In this document: positions 31,060 to 42,221 of the stretch, in pieces | Position numbering within the stretch: position 1 is the stretch's first letter | Layout of the letters: each line of letters starts with the position of its first letter | Assembly: GCA_900617105.1 (NCBI GenBank) | Contig: UYFQ01000001.1 | Coordinates: forward strand, 4,712,001-4,776,000 | Reading direction: 5' to 3' | DNA from: Hydrurus foetidus | Taxonomy: Eukaryota | Length of the DNA stretch: 64,000 nucleotides | Notes under the pieces: generated by a model | Seen by the model: the letters and a program-made list of their open reading frames with translations, nothing else | Databases searched by the model: none | What the model was told of the DNA's origin: nothing | Made by a program: the position numbers and the translations under genes

Positions 31060-32044
31060 CTTTGACAGCGCAGAGGTTTCCCAGGCACCGGGCTTCGGTG
31101 GGGTGGAAGGTTTCACACACCCGACAGCTGGGCAGGGCGTCGAAAGATCAGCTGGAGAACTTCTTCGGGCTGCCAGGGAAGGCGCAGGTTTGCATATTGC
31201 AGCGCTAGCCGTGATGCTAAAAGTGCCAGTAAAAAAACTGGAGGCACTGGAGGCCTCGCGGTTTGATTTGCTGCCTGATATGGTTTTTGTGCGGGCGTTA
31301 GCCTCAAGCGTGTGCCGCACCTTGAAGGTCGATTCCGCGCCCGTGCTTGAAGGCTTGCCGCAAACTGGCGCACCACCGCTGACCTACCAGGGCAGCGGCA
31401 TTAACGCGCCCTTCAGATCACCCGGCGATAGTTCTGGCCCTTCAGTCTGGTCTGGTCTGCCTAACCCTGCGGTAGCCGCCGCGGCGCTGCTTTTATTAGC
31501 ATCTGTAGCGCTGTTTTTTTGGCCGGCAGTCAGCACGCAAGTCAGTCAGTTGACGTCGGCAATTACCGCCCGGGTAGCAACAAACAAAAGCTCAATTGAA
31601 ATTACGCCTGTTAGCCCTGAGATCGGGCTTCGCGGTGAAAAAGCGATGTCGAGTTCGTTGCCGCCAATGCCCAATGCTACCGGCATAGTGGTGGCACCAG
31701 GTGTTAGTTCGGCAGGCCTTCAAACCGGGCAAATCGCCGCCGATGCGGCGTCCTTGGCCCCTACAGCAGCATCCGCGGTTGTCACCCCGCCGGCCAATGT
31801 GCCGGTCGACAGCGTGTTAGTTTTTACCGCGGTGGGGGAGTCCTGGGTCGAGGTCACCGACGCCAAGCGGCAAACAGTGCTGCGCCGGACGCTGACGGCA
31901 GGTGAATCGGTGGGCGTTTCTGGCGCTTTGCCACTTTATGCCACGGTCGGCCGCGCCAGTATGACTCGGGTTAACGTGCGGGGACAGTGGTTTGATTTGG
32001 GTCCTTGGTCAAAAGATAACGTAGCTCGTTTTGAGGTGAAGTAA
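31052..32044 (+). CDS. rodZ: RodZ-like HTH/DUF4115 membrane protein
   Basis: GELLRAARE HTH, one TM helix, SWVEVTDA..NVARFEVK. Confidence 0.85.
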   Translation: MSSFDSAEVSQAPGFGGVEGFTHPTAGQGVERSAGELLRAAREGAGLHIAALAVMLKVPVKKLEALEASRFDLLPDMVFVRALASSVCRTLKVDSAPVLEGLPQTGAPPLTYQGSGINAPFRSPGDSSGPSVWSGLPNPAVAAAALLLLASVALFFWPAVSTQVSQLTSAITARVATNKSSIEITPVSPEIGLRGEKAMSSSLPPMPNATGIVVAPGVSSAGLQTGQIAADAASLAPTAASAVVTPPANVPVDSVLVFTAVGESWVEVTDAKRQTVLRRTLTAGESVGVSGALPLYATVGRASMTRVNVRGQWFDLGPWSKDNVARFEVK

Positions 32045-33325
32045 TTGACTAATTTCCCTATTGATATGGTGACCCCCAAAGCACGTCGGTCGGCGCAGGC
32101 CAGCGTTGTGTGGGGTTCGCGAATCGTTACGGTGGGCGGCGATGCGCCAGTGCGCGTGCAGTCGATGACCAACACCGACACGGTCGACGCGATTGGCACG
32201 GCGATTCAAGTCAAGGAGCTCGCGTTAGCTGGCTCTGAGATGGTTCGCATCACTGTTAACACCCCGGAGGCTGCGCAGGCGGTGCCGTATGTGCGCGAGC
32301 AACTCGACCGCATGGGCATTGACGTCCCCTTGATCGGGGATTTTCATTTCAACGGGCACCGCCTGTTGACCGACTACCCAGATTGCGCGCAAGCGCTGTC
32401 AAAGTACCGAATTAACCCCGGCAACGTGGGCAAAGGCGACAAACACGACAAACAGTTTGGGCTGATGATTGAAGCCGCTGTTAGATGGAACAAGGCGGTT
32501 CGTATTGGCGTGAATTGGGGCAGCCTTGATCAAGAGCTGCTGGCCAGCCTGATGGACGAAAACAACGCCAGAGCCGAACCCTGGGATGCCAAGCAAGTGA
32601 TGTACGAGGCCCTGATCACCTCGGCGCTAGACTCTGCGCGATTGGCAGAAAAGCTTGGCATGCAGCGCGAGCAAATCATTTTGTCTTGCAAAGTCAGTGG
32701 CGTACAAGACTTGATTTCGGTTTACCGTGAGCTTGCAAGGCGAGACACTTACGCGCTGCATTTAGGCTTGACCGAAGCGGGTATGGGCACCAAAGGCACC
32801 GTAGCCTCGGCAACGGCGCTGTCGATATTGCTGCAAGAAGGCATTGGCGACACGATTCGCGTGTCGCTCACCCCGCAACCCGGCGAGGCGCGTACACAAG
32901 AGGTCGTGATCGCTTCAGAAATTTTGCAATCGTTGGGGCTGCGCAGCTTTGTTCCCAGCGTCACGGCTTGTCCGGGTTGCGGGCGAACCACCAGCACTAC
33001 TTTTCAAGAGCTGACCCAGCAAATAGACGACTTTTTGCGAGCGCAAATGCCAGTTTGGCGCGATAAATATCCCGGGGTTGAAAAAATGAAAGTTGCGGTC
33101 ATGGGCTGCATCGTGAACGGCCCTGGTGAAAGTAAACACGCCGACATCGGTATCAGCCTGCCCGGGTCAGGCGAAGCGCCTGCTGCACCGGTGTATATCG
33201 ACGGCGAAAAACGCGTTACTTTACGCGGCGACAACATCGCGCAAGAGTTTCAGCTCATTGTTGAAAACTACATTGAAAACCGCTTTGGCGTGCCTGCTAA
33301 TTCCACTGTTTCTGAGACTGCTTGA
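32045..33325 (+). CDS. ispG: HMBPP synthase IspG
   Basis: [29 protein letters not shown]. Confidence 0.97.
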   Translation: MTNFPIDMVTPKARRSAQASVVWGSRIVTVGGDAPVRVQSMTNTDTVDAIGTAIQVKELALAGSEMVRITVNTPEAAQAVPYVREQLDRMGIDVPLIGDFHFNGHRLLTDYPDCAQALSKYRINPGNVGKGDKHDKQFGLMIEAAVRWNKAVRIGVNWGSLDQELLASLMDENNARAEPWDAKQVMYEALITSALDSARLAEKLGMQREQIILSCKVSGVQDLISVYRELARRDTYALHLGLTEAGMGTKGTVASATALSILLQEGIGDTIRVSLTPQPGEARTQEVVIASEILQSLGLRSFVPSVTACPGCGRTTSTTFQELTQQIDDFLRAQMPVWRDKYPGVEKMKVAVMGCIVNGPGESKHADIGISLPGSGEAPAAPVYIDGEKRVTLRGDNIAQEFQLIVENYIENRFGVPANSTVSETA

Positions 33326-33331
33326 AGAGCC

Positions 33332-34627
33332 ATGGCTGAAAAACTGACGGCCGTCAAAGGCATGAACGACATATTGCCGCCCGACTCTGCTCGGTGGGAG
33401 TGGTTGGAAGAAAAGGTAAGAGTGCTTATGGCGAGTTTTGCGTACCGCAACATTCGCACACCCATCGTAGAGCCCACTCCGCTTTTTGTCCGCGGATTGG
33501 GTGAGGTCACTGATATCGTCGAAAAAGAGATGTACTCTTTTGAAGACAAGCTTAACGGCGAAGCGCTAACGCTCCGGCCGGAAAACACAGCCGGCGTGGT
33601 TCGCGCGGTGGCTGAGCACAACATGCTGTACGAAGGCGGCAAACGTCTTTACTACATGGGGCCCATGTTTCGCCACGAACGCCCGCAGCGGGGCCGGTAT
33701 CGGCAGTTTCATCAAATCGGCGCTGAGGCGCTTGGTTTTGCCGGTGCAGAAGTAGATGCCGAGTTAATTTTGCTTGCCGACGCGCTGTGGAAAAAACTCG
33801 GCTTGATAAACATTCGCCTGGAACTCAACAGCCTGGGGCAGCCCGAGGAGCGCAAACTGCATCGCGCTGCCTTGATTGCTTATTTCGAAGCCAACGCAGG
33901 CCTGCTTGACGAAGACGCCAAGCGCCGATTGCACAGCAACCCGCTACGCTTGCTAGACAGTAAAAACCCCGCCATGCAAGCCATGCTTGAAAGTGCCCCG
34001 CGGCTGATGGATTTTTTGGGTGAGGCGTCATTGGCCCATTTCAGCGGCGTTAAATCAGTGCTGGACGCCTGCGGTGTGGCCTACACGATCAACCCGCGCT
34101 TGGTTCGCGGCATGGACTACTACAACCTCACGGTGTTTGAGTTTATTACTGACAGCTTGGGCTCGCAAGGCACCATTTGCGGCGGCGGGCGTTACGACTA
34201 CCTCATAGAGCAAATTGGTGGCAAGGCAGCGCCTGCAGTCGGTTGGGCGCTAGGCGTGGAGCGGGTGTTGGAGCTAATTAAAGAGCAGGGCGCGAGCGTT
34301 GCTGAGCAGTTGCCAGATGCCTACGCCGTGGTACCCGATGCGGCGTTGTTGCCTGCCGTGATGCCGGTTTTAATGCACCTGCGTGCTGAAGGCGTCAACG
34401 TGCAAATGCATGCAGGCTTGGCGTTAGGTGCCAGCAGCATGAAAACACAGTTTAAAAAAGCCGACGCTAGCGGCGCCCGATACGCTTTGATATTCGGCGC
34501 AGATGAGGTGAGCCAAGGCAATGTAGCCGTCAAGCCGCTGCGCAGTGAAAGTGGTGCGGCGGCACTGCCCCAGTGGGCCGAGTCGCTGAACGATGCGGCG
34601 GCATGGGCCGCCAAGCTGCGCAGTTAG
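33332..34627 (+). CDS. hisS: Histidine--tRNA ligase
   Basis: [28 protein letters not shown]. Confidence 0.98.
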   Translation: MAEKLTAVKGMNDILPPDSARWEWLEEKVRVLMASFAYRNIRTPIVEPTPLFVRGLGEVTDIVEKEMYSFEDKLNGEALTLRPENTAGVVRAVAEHNMLYEGGKRLYYMGPMFRHERPQRGRYRQFHQIGAEALGFAGAEVDAELILLADALWKKLGLINIRLELNSLGQPEERKLHRAALIAYFEANAGLLDEDAKRRLHSNPLRLLDSKNPAMQAMLESAPRLMDFLGEASLAHFSGVKSVLDACGVAYTINPRLVRGMDYYNLTVFEFITDSLGSQGTICGGGRYDYLIEQIGGKAAPAVGWALGVERVLELIKEQGASVAEQLPDAYAVVPDAALLPAVMPVLMHLRAEGVNVQMHAGLALGASSMKTQFKKADASGARYALIFGADEVSQGNVAVKPLRSESGAAALPQWAESLNDAAAWAAKLRS

Positions 34628-34744
34628 GCGCTATTCATTTCCCGGGGGCGGGCGCACCCCTACAATTACAGGTCAAGCGCATTCGGCTGCCTCTCACTAT
34701 TTTCAACGCAGTCGCACACCCGATCAGAAGACAAACAGACTTTT

Positions 34745-35455
34745 ATGGCAAAACACCTCGATTTGGAAGAGCAAGAGCAACTTGCTGAACTCAAGCACTT
34801 TTGGCGTCAGTACGGCAACCTGATCACCTGGGTGCTGATTGCTGTTTTCGCGAGCATTGCTGCTTGGTCGGGCTATCAGTATTGGGAGCGAAAGCAGGGC
34901 GCTCAGGCAGCGGTTATGTTTGAGGAGGTTGAGCGTGCGGTGCAGTCCGGTGATGCAGCCCGAATCGACCGTTCGCTGGCCGAAATGAAGGAGCGTTTTG
35001 GCAAATCCGTTTATTCGGCTCAGGCGGGGCTGCTGGTGGCTAAAGCTCACTACGAAAAGGGCAATGTGCCGGCATCCAGGTTGGCTTTGGAGGCCGTCAT
35101 TAAAAGTGCGCCCGACGACGCGTTTTCGTCTATTGCCAAGCTTCGTTTGGCTGGGCTACTGCTTGAAAGCAAATCGTTTGATGAAGCCTTGGCAGCACTA
35201 AGCGGTAGCTTTAGCAAAGACTTTGCTGCATTAGCCAACGACCGGCGCGGTGACGTGTTTTTTGCGCAAGGCAAAAAGCCTGAAGCAAAAGTTGAATATG
35301 AAAAAGCATTCAAAGCGCTGGATGAGCGGGCAGAGTACCGGCGCTTGGTCGAGGTCAAGCTCAATGCACTGGGCGTCGACCCTATTGCGGCGCTTGTCCC
35401 GCCTGCCGTGGCTGCCTCTGGGGTAAAAGCCGATTTGGGAGCAAAAAAGCCATGA
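34745..35455 (+). CDS. yfgM: YfgM-family TPR membrane protein
   Basis: DLEEQEQL..FW..YG N-terminus; lies between hisS and bamB. Confidence 0.88.
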   Translation: MAKHLDLEEQEQLAELKHFWRQYGNLITWVLIAVFASIAAWSGYQYWERKQGAQAAVMFEEVERAVQSGDAARIDRSLAEMKERFGKSVYSAQAGLLVAKAHYEKGNVPASRLALEAVIKSAPDDAFSSIAKLRLAGLLLESKSFDEALAALSGSFSKDFAALANDRRGDVFFAQGKKPEAKVEYEKAFKALDERAEYRRLVEVKLNALGVDPIAALVPPAVAASGVKADLGAKKP

Positions 35456-36603
35456 AAACTGATAATTTTAGCCCTCTAGCCCATATTATACGGGCGAAAG
35501 CAGCTCTTATTTTAATAGCATCTTTGGCTGGCTGCGCGTTTTTCGAAGGCTCGTCCAAACCCAAACCGGCTCAGTTACAGCCGGTCAATGGCTTTGTCTC
35601 GGCAAAGCAGGCCTGGGTGTCCCGCATTGGGCCCGTGACGTTTGCGCTCGACGTGGCCAACGTTGGCGGTGTGTTGCACATGGCCGGCAGCGACGGCACA
35701 GTAGCGGCTATTGACTCTCGTACCGGCACAGATGTGTGGCGAACCAATGTGGGCAGCGGCTTGTCGGCAGGCGTCGGTAGCGACGGCAAGGTAAGTGCCG
35801 TCGTGACCCAAGGCAACGAGGTGGTCGCGCTAGTCGCCGGCCGTGAAATTTGGCGGCAAAAGCTCAACGCTGAGGTCTACACCGCCCCTTTGGTAGCCGG
35901 TGGACGTGTTTTTGTACTGGCAGCTGACCGGTCCAGCCAAGCATTTGATGGCCAAACCGGGCGCAAGCTCTGGACTCAGCAGCGCCCCACTGAGCCACTG
36001 GTGCTCCGGCAAGCTGGCGTGTTGATGGCGGTCAATGACACCTTGATTGCTGGTTTAGCCGGACGCTTGGTGGGTCTGAACCCAGGTAACGGCAGCATTC
36101 GCTGGGAAGTGGCGATTGCCTCACCGCGTGGCATCAATGACGTAGAGAGGCTAGTGGATTTGGTGGCCGGTGTCAGCCGCGATGGTGACGTGGTCTGCGC
36201 AAGGGCTTTTCAGGCCAATGTCGGTTGTGTCAATACCGCGCGCGGCAGTCTGATCTGGACTGCGCCTGCCAATGGCTCGCAAGGTGTGCGCGGCGATGAG
36301 CGCCTGCTTTTTGGTACTGAGGCCGACGGCACCGTGCAGGCATGGTTACGAGCTGACGGCACGCGCGCCTGGAAAAGTGAGGCCCTTCGTTACCGCGGGC
36401 TGAGCGCGCCTGTGGTGATTGGTCGTTCAATTGCCGTTGGCGATTTTTCTGGAATTGTTCACCTCTTGTCGCGCACCGATGGCACGTTGCTTAACCGCGT
36501 CAGCACCGACGGCTCAGCGATTGCGGCAGCGCCGTTACTGGCTGGCAACACCTTGATTGCGGTTACCCGCAATGGCGGGGTCTACGGCTTTGTACCTGAG
36601 TAA
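35452..36603 (+). CDS. bamB: Outer membrane assembly lipoprotein BamB
   Basis: Lipobox LAGC, PQQ-like beta-propeller repeats, ERLVD. Confidence 0.93.
   Translation: MKTDNFSPLAHIIRAKAALILIASLAGCAFFEGSSKPKPAQLQPVNGFVSAKQAWVSRIGPVTFALDVANVGGVLHMAGSDGTVAAIDSRTGTDVWRTNVGSGLSAGVGSDGKVSAVVTQGNEVVALVAGREIWRQKLNAEVYTAPLVAGGRVFVLAADRSSQAFDGQTGRKLWTQQRPTEPLVLRQAGVLMAVNDTLIAGLAGRLVGLNPGNGSIRWEVAIASPRGINDVERLVDLVAGVSRDGDVVCARAFQANVGCVNTARGSLIWTAPANGSQGVRGDERLLFGTEADGTVQAWLRADGTRAWKSEALRYRGLSAPVVIGRSIAVGDFSGIVHLLSRTDGTLLNRVSTDGSAIAAAPLLAGNTLIAVTRNGGVYGFVPE
35479..35519 (+). repeat. 41-bp repeat copy 6, translated in the BamB lipoprotein signal peptide
   Basis: gccc-atattatac-gggc-gaaagca-gctc-ttattttaa-tagc, reading (L)AHIIRAKAALILIA. 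Confidence 0.85.
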
Positions 36604-36681
36604 ATTTAAGGCGTTTGAGCACCGCTCCCAGATCGCCAGGCGGGCGACCGCACCTTCCGTTGTCCCCTACGAATTGCATCG

Positions 36682-38025
36682 ATGAAACCAGTTATCGCCT
36701 TGGTTGGCCGCCCCAACGTCGGCAAGTCCACTTTATTTAACCGCCTCACCAAGACGCGGGACGCTATCGTGGCCGATTTCGCCGGGTTGACCCGCGACCG
36801 CCACTATGGCAACGGCAATCTGGGCACACACGAGTACATCGTGATTGATACCGGCGGCTTTGAGCCCGACGCGCAAAGCGGTATCTACAAAGAAATGGCC
36901 AAGCAAACCCGCCAAGCCGTTGCCGAGGCTGACGTGGTGGTGTTTGTGGTAGACGCCCGAGCAGGCGTAAGCGCGCAAGACTACGACATTGGCAAGTACC
37001 TGCGTAAATTGGGCAAGCCTTGCGTGTTGACCGCAAACAAGGCAGAGGGCATGCTCGAAGGGGTCGCACTCGCCGAGTTTTTTGAGTTGGGCCTTGGCGA
37101 AGTGCTGGCTGTGTCAGCCGCGCACGGGCAGGGCATGCGAACGCTGGTCGACACTGCTTTGGGCTTGCTTAAATTGCCCGAAGAAGACCTAGATGCCGAG
37201 CCGCATGACCCCTCTATAATCAAGCTGGCCGTTGCAGGCCGGCCAAACGTCGGTAAATCGACCTTGATTAACACTTGGTTGGGCGAAGAGCGACTGGTGG
37301 CGTTTGACCTGCCCGGCACTACTCGCGACGCCATTTCGGTGCCCTTTGAGCATGCGGGTCAAAAGTTTGAGCTGATTGACACCGCTGGGCTGCGCCGCAA
37401 GGGTAAGGTATTTGAGGCCATTGAAAAATTTTCGGTGGTTAAAACTTTGCAGGCCATTGAAAGTTCGAACGTGGTGCTGCTGCTGCTCGACGCCACCCAA
37501 GGCGTGACCGATCAAGACGCGCACATCGCTGGCTATATTTTGGAAAGTGGTCGGGCAGTGGTGTTGGCCATCAACAAGTGGGACGCAGTAGACGCCTATC
37601 AGCGCGAGACCCTTGCGCGGTCGGTTGAAACTCGCCTGGCGTTTTTGAAATTTGCGTCTATTTTTCATATTTCAGCCATCAAGCGTCAAGGTTTGGGGCC
37701 AGTCTGGAAAGCCATTGCGCAAGCGCACGCATCGGCCAACCGAAAAATGTCTACGCCCGTGCTGACCCGGTTGCTGCTCGAAGCGGTGCAGTTTCAGCAG
37801 CCGCAGCGGGTGGGCGTTTTCAGGCCGAAACTCAGGTACGCCCACCAAGGCGGCATGAATCCACCCATCATCATCGTGCACGGCAATTCGCTTGAGCATG
37901 TCAGCGAGTCTTATAAGCGCTACCTCGAAGGGCGGTTCCGTAAAGAGTTTGACCTGACCGGCACCCCCATGCGGATTCAAATGAAAACCTCGCAGAACCC
38001 TTACAAAGATAAGGACTCGTCTTAA
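36682..38025 (+). CDS. der: Ribosome biogenesis GTPase Der
   Basis: Two [10 protein letters not shown]-domains. Confidence 0.98.
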   Translation: MKPVIALVGRPNVGKSTLFNRLTKTRDAIVADFAGLTRDRHYGNGNLGTHEYIVIDTGGFEPDAQSGIYKEMAKQTRQAVAEADVVVFVVDARAGVSAQDYDIGKYLRKLGKPCVLTANKAEGMLEGVALAEFFELGLGEVLAVSAAHGQGMRTLVDTALGLLKLPEEDLDAEPHDPSIIKLAVAGRPNVGKSTLINTWLGEERLVAFDLPGTTRDAISVPFEHAGQKFELIDTAGLRRKGKVFEAIEKFSVVKTLQAIESSNVVLLLLDATQGVTDQDAHIAGYILESGRAVVLAINKWDAVDAYQRETLARSVETRLAFLKFASIFHISAIKRQGLGPVWKAIAQAHASANRKMSTPVLTRLLLEAVQFQQPQRVGVFRPKLRYAHQGGMNPPIIIVHGNSLEHVSESYKRYLEGRFRKEFDLTGTPMRIQMKTSQNPYKDKDSS

Positions 38026-38093
38026 AACTGTAGGGCGTTGCTTTTGGCTGTGATATTGTTAAGGCTTATCAACTCTTGAACACGGAACATATC

Positions 38094-38351
38094 GTGAGCA
38101 ACAACAAAGGTTTGCTACTGCAAGACCCATTTCTTAATACGTTGCGCCGAGAGCACGTACCCGTTTCGATTTACCTCGTCAACGGAATCAAGTTGCAGGG
38201 CCAGATCGAATCGTTCGATCAATACGTCGTGTTACTTCGCAACACCGTTACCCAAATGGTTTACAAGCACGCTATTTCAACAATCGTCCCAGGGCGTGCC
38301 GTTAACTTTGCAGCTGCTGAAGGCGACGCCGACCCAGCACCGGCAAGCTGA
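38094..38351 (+). CDS. hfq: RNA chaperone Hfq
   Basis: [24 protein letters not shown]. Confidence 0.98.
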   Translation: MSNNKGLLLQDPFLNTLRREHVPVSIYLVNGIKLQGQIESFDQYVVLLRNTVTQMVYKHAISTIVPGRAVNFAAAEGDADPAPAS

Positions 38352-38362
38352 GCCTGCCAGAT

Positions 38363-39541
38363 TTGCTTGCGCTCAAGAAACCGCTAGCCATTTTGGTGGG
38401 GGTAGACTTCGGGTCGCCCAACTTCGATGGCGAGCTCCATGAGCTTGGTTTGCTCGCTCAAACGGCCGGACTACAACCCGCAGAAAAGGTGACCTGCAAA
38501 CGTCGCGCCCCTGATGCTGCGCTTTTTATCGGCAGTGGCAAGGCCGACGAGATAAAAATGCTGGCGCAGCAGCTGGGTGCCTCAGAGATCTTGTTTGACC
38601 AGGCGCTCAGCCCAGCCCAGCAGCGCAATCTTGAGCGGCACCTTGAGTTGCCCGTTAACGACCGAACCCTGCTGATTCTCGAAATTTTTGGCCAACGTGC
38701 CCGCAGTCACGAAGGCAAGCTTCAAGTCGAGCTGGCGCGTTTGCAGTACTCGTCAACACGCCTGGTGCGCAGATGGTCTCACCTCGAGCGCCAAGCCGGT
38801 GGCGCGGGCGTGCGTGGCGGCCCCGGTGAAAAGCAAATTGAGCTGGACAAGCGCATGATCGGCGAAGCCATCAAGCGGTGTAAAGATCGTTTGTCGAAGG
38901 TCAAAAAGCAGCGCCAAACGCAGCGCCGCCAGCGCGACAGGCGCGGCGCTTTCAACATCTCGTTAGTAGGCTATACCAACGCCGGTAAATCTACGCTTTT
39001 TAATGCCCTGACAAAAGCCAAGGCCTACGCCGCCGACCAACTTTTTGCCACGTTAGACACCACGACGCGCCAGGTTTACCTGGGTGACGCACTGCGTTCT
39101 GCATCGCTTTCCGACACGGTCGGGTTTATTCGCGATTTGCCGCACGGACTGGTCGATGCATTTGCGGCTACTTTGCAAGAGGCCGCCGACGCTGACCTGT
39201 TGCTGCATGTCGTTGACGCCGCCAATCCAGACTACCTTGAACAAATTGAAGAGGTTCAACGCGTGCTGGAGGAAATTGGCGCTGCACATGTGCCGCAAGT
39301 CCTTGTATTTAATAAGCTGGATGCTCTTGAAAAATCGCAATGGCCACTGCAACTCAGCGATATGTTTGAAGTAAAAGACGCCTTCTCTGATTCGGTTAAG
39401 CGCGTTGAGAGGGTTTTTGTCAGCGCCCAAACCGGCGACGGCCTGCCTGATTTGCGCCGGTTGTTGCAAAGCCATGCTGCAATAAACGATGCCCTTGGAA
39501 CACGTGCCAGCTTTGAGCAAATTGCTCAAGCTGAGCTTTGA
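38363..39541 (+). CDS. hflX: GTPase HflX
   Basis: GYTNAGKST, LFATLD, DTVGFI. Confidence 0.96.
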   Translation: MLALKKPLAILVGVDFGSPNFDGELHELGLLAQTAGLQPAEKVTCKRRAPDAALFIGSGKADEIKMLAQQLGASEILFDQALSPAQQRNLERHLELPVNDRTLLILEIFGQRARSHEGKLQVELARLQYSSTRLVRRWSHLERQAGGAGVRGGPGEKQIELDKRMIGEAIKRCKDRLSKVKKQRQTQRRQRDRRGAFNISLVGYTNAGKSTLFNALTKAKAYAADQLFATLDTTTRQVYLGDALRSASLSDTVGFIRDLPHGLVDAFAATLQEAADADLLLHVVDAANPDYLEQIEEVQRVLEEIGAAHVPQVLVFNKLDALEKSQWPLQLSDMFEVKDAFSDSVKRVERVFVSAQTGDGLPDLRRLLQSHAAINDALGTRASFEQIAQAEL

Positions 39542-39653
39542 ATTAGGCACAATAGAGTTCTGTAAAAAAAGCGAGTTGTATTCCATGATTTTGAACCCTG
39601 TACTGCAATCGTTGTCGTCATGGCCTGCCAGGCTTAAGCGCCGGGCTTTGGGT

Positions 39654-41003
39654 ATGTTTAATTTGAATGACAACAAATGGGGTCGCGACGGAGAAAGTCC
39701 GCCGCCAGACAAATCGTCTCCTGACGAAAAGCCGTCGGGTACCGAGCCCGACACCTCAGCGCCAACACCGCCTCCTGTGCGTAACAAGCCTAAGGGCGCC
39801 AATCAAGGCCCCCCAGATCTTGATGAGCTCTGGAAGGACTTCAACCGCAAATTAACTGGCCTTTTTGGCGGCAATAAAAACGGCCGCGGTCGCAACAACG
39901 GCAGCGGTGGTTTTGGCGGCGGCGGCGACGGTTCGGGCGGCGGTTTTCAGCCAGACATGAAAAGTGCAGGCATTGGTGCGGGCTTGATAGCTGGCGTAGC
40001 TGTGCTGATCTGGCTGGGCACCGGCTTTTTCATTGTTCAAGAGGGACAGCAGGCCGTCATTACGCAGTTTGGTAAGTACAACGCCACGGTAGGCGCAGGC
40101 TTTAATTGGCGTCTGCCGTACCCGATTCAGCGCCACGAATTGGTCGTGGTAACGCAAATTCGCTCGGTCGAAGTGGGGCGGGACACCGTCATCAAAGCCA
40201 CAGGTTTGCGTGATTCAGCCATGTTGACCGAAGACGAAAACATCGTTGAAATCAAGTTTGCGGTGCAATACCGTTTGAGCGATGCCAGGGCCTATTTATT
40301 TGAAAGCAAAGACCCGACCAATGCCATCGTTCAGGCCGCTGAAACCGCTGTTCGCGAAGTAGTCGGCAAAATGAAAATGGATTCGGCTTTGGCTGAGGAG
40401 CGCGATCAGATTGCCCCGCGCATCCGCGCGCTGATGCAAACTATTCTTGATCGCTACAAGGTTGGCGTTGAAATAGTAGGCATCAATTTGCAACAAAGCG
40501 GCGTTCGCCCGCCAGAGCAAGTTCAGGCGGCGTTTGACGATGTGCTCAAAGCCGGTCAAGAGCGAGAGCGCGCCAAAAACGAAGCGCAGGCTTATGCTAA
40601 CGACGTGATTCCCAGAGCGGTCGGCTCGGCCTCTCGTCTGAAGGAAGAGTCTGACGCTTATAAAGCCCGCATCGTTGCCCAGGCGGAAGGTGATGCGCAG
40701 CGCTTCAAGTCAGTCTTGGCTGAATACCAAAAAGCGCCGCAAGTCACGCGCGACCGCATGTACATCGACACGATGCAGCAGGTTTATGGCAACGTAACCA
40801 AAGTCATGATTGAGTCTCGCCAGGGATCCAACTTGCTGTACTTGCCGCTAGACAAAATTGTGCAAATGACCGGCCCGGGCGCGGTGGCCGCGCCAATTGA
40901 CCCCGTCATGGGTTCTAACCCTGTAACAGCACCTACATCTCCAGCCGTGCCGGCAGCAGCGCCATCGGCTGACCCGCGTGCCCGCGACGCGCGCACCCGC
41001 TAA
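39654..41003 (+). CDS. hflK: FtsH modulator HflK (alternative in-frame ATG at 39585)
   Basis: GPPDLDELW, SPFH domain. Confidence 0.95.
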   Translation: MFNLNDNKWGRDGESPPPDKSSPDEKPSGTEPDTSAPTPPPVRNKPKGANQGPPDLDELWKDFNRKLTGLFGGNKNGRGRNNGSGGFGGGGDGSGGGFQPDMKSAGIGAGLIAGVAVLIWLGTGFFIVQEGQQAVITQFGKYNATVGAGFNWRLPYPIQRHELVVVTQIRSVEVGRDTVIKATGLRDSAMLTEDENIVEIKFAVQYRLSDARAYLFESKDPTNAIVQAAETAVREVVGKMKMDSALAEERDQIAPRIRALMQTILDRYKVGVEIVGINLQQSGVRPPEQVQAAFDDVLKAGQERERAKNEAQAYANDVIPRAVGSASRLKEESDAYKARIVAQAEGDAQRFKSVLAEYQKAPQVTRDRMYIDTMQQVYGNVTKVMIESRQGSNLLYLPLDKIVQMTGPGAVAAPIDPVMGSNPVTAPTSPAVPAAAPSADPRARDARTR

Positions 41004-41034
41004 AGCCGAACAAACTTAGCCAAGGAATATCAAA

Positions 41035-41934
41035 GTGAACAGAGTTGGATTTATTGCGTCGACGTTGCTGGTGGTTCTGGTGCTTGCAAGCTCCATGCTG
41101 TTTGTGGTGGACCAGCGCCAGTTTGGCGTCGTGTTTGCGCTCGGCCAAATCAAAGAAGTGCTAACCGAGCCAGGCTTGCACTTCAAGCTGCCGCCACCTT
41201 TTCAAAATGTGTCTTACATCGACAAACGCCTGCTCACGCTTGAAAGCGTGGAGGCAGAGCCGATGTTGACTGCTGAAAAGCAACGCGTTGTTATTGACTG
41301 GTACGTGCGCTGGCGCATCACCAAACCGACTGACTATATTCGCAATGTAGGTTTGGACGAAAAAGCAGGCGCTAATCAGCTCAACCGCGTGGTGCGCAAT
41401 GCCTTCCAGGAAGAAATCAATAAGCGCACGGTGAAAGACTTGCTGTCAGCCAAACGCGAAGCTTTGATGGCCGACGTCAAACGCGAAGTGCTGCAAGCGG
41501 TGCAGGGCACAAAGCCTTACGGTATTGACATCATTGACGTGCGCATTACCCGCGTTGACTATGTTGAGGCCATCACTGATTCTGTCTACAAACGAATGGT
41601 GGCTGAACGCCAGCGCGTCGCCAACGAGCTGCGCTCAACAGGTGCTGCTGAAGGCGAAAAAATTCGCGCCGACGCAGACCGCCAACGCGAAGTGACCGTT
41701 GCCAATGCTTACCGCGATGCCCAAAAAATCAAGGGTGAAGGTGACGCTGAAGCAGCTAAAAACTACGCCGAAGCCTTTGGCAAAGACCCGCAGTTTGCGC
41801 AGTTCTACCGAAGCCTTGACGCTTACAAGGCTGCGTTCAATAAGAAAAGCGACGTGATGGTGCTAGACCCATCGTCAGAATTTTTCAAAACCATGCGCGG
41901 GTTCGGTGCCGCAGCAGCACCCGCCAAAAAGTAA
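41035..41934 (+). CDS. hflC: FtsH modulator HflC
   Basis: SPFH domain, FYRSLDAY. Confidence 0.95.
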   Translation: MNRVGFIASTLLVVLVLASSMLFVVDQRQFGVVFALGQIKEVLTEPGLHFKLPPPFQNVSYIDKRLLTLESVEAEPMLTAEKQRVVIDWYVRWRITKPTDYIRNVGLDEKAGANQLNRVVRNAFQEEINKRTVKDLLSAKREALMADVKREVLQAVQGTKPYGIDIIDVRITRVDYVEAITDSVYKRMVAERQRVANELRSTGAAEGEKIRADADRQREVTVANAYRDAQKIKGEGDAEAAKNYAEAFGKDPQFAQFYRSLDAYKAAFNKKSDVMVLDPSSEFFKTMRGFGAAAAPAKK

Positions 41935-41942
41935 TTCACCTG

Positions 41943-42131
41943 ATGGACGGCAGCAGCATCGGCTTGGCAATTGCGCTGGTGCTGGTCATTGAAGGGCTGC
42001 TGCCCATGGTGTCGCCCATCAGCTGGCGAAGAGCGTTCATCAGCGCCTTAAAAATGAGCGACGGTCAGATTCGTTTTTTTGGTTTGTGCAGCTTTCTTGT
42101 TGGCGCTGTAGCGGTTGGTTTTTTAATCTGA
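41943..42131 (+). CDS. DUF2065 (YjeT-like) membrane protein
   Basis: LVLVIEGLLP..WRR..DGQIRFFG; conserved position. Confidence 0.85.
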   Translation: MDGSSIGLAIALVLVIEGLLPMVSPISWRRAFISALKMSDGQIRFFGLCSFLVGAVAVGFLI

Positions 42132-42221
42132 TGGGCTTGCAGAGTTAATTCGCTTTCGCAGCTTCAGAAAAGCGCTACTAAGCCCGGTAAAATCTGGGTT
42201 TTAACAGCGTAACTTCATCAC

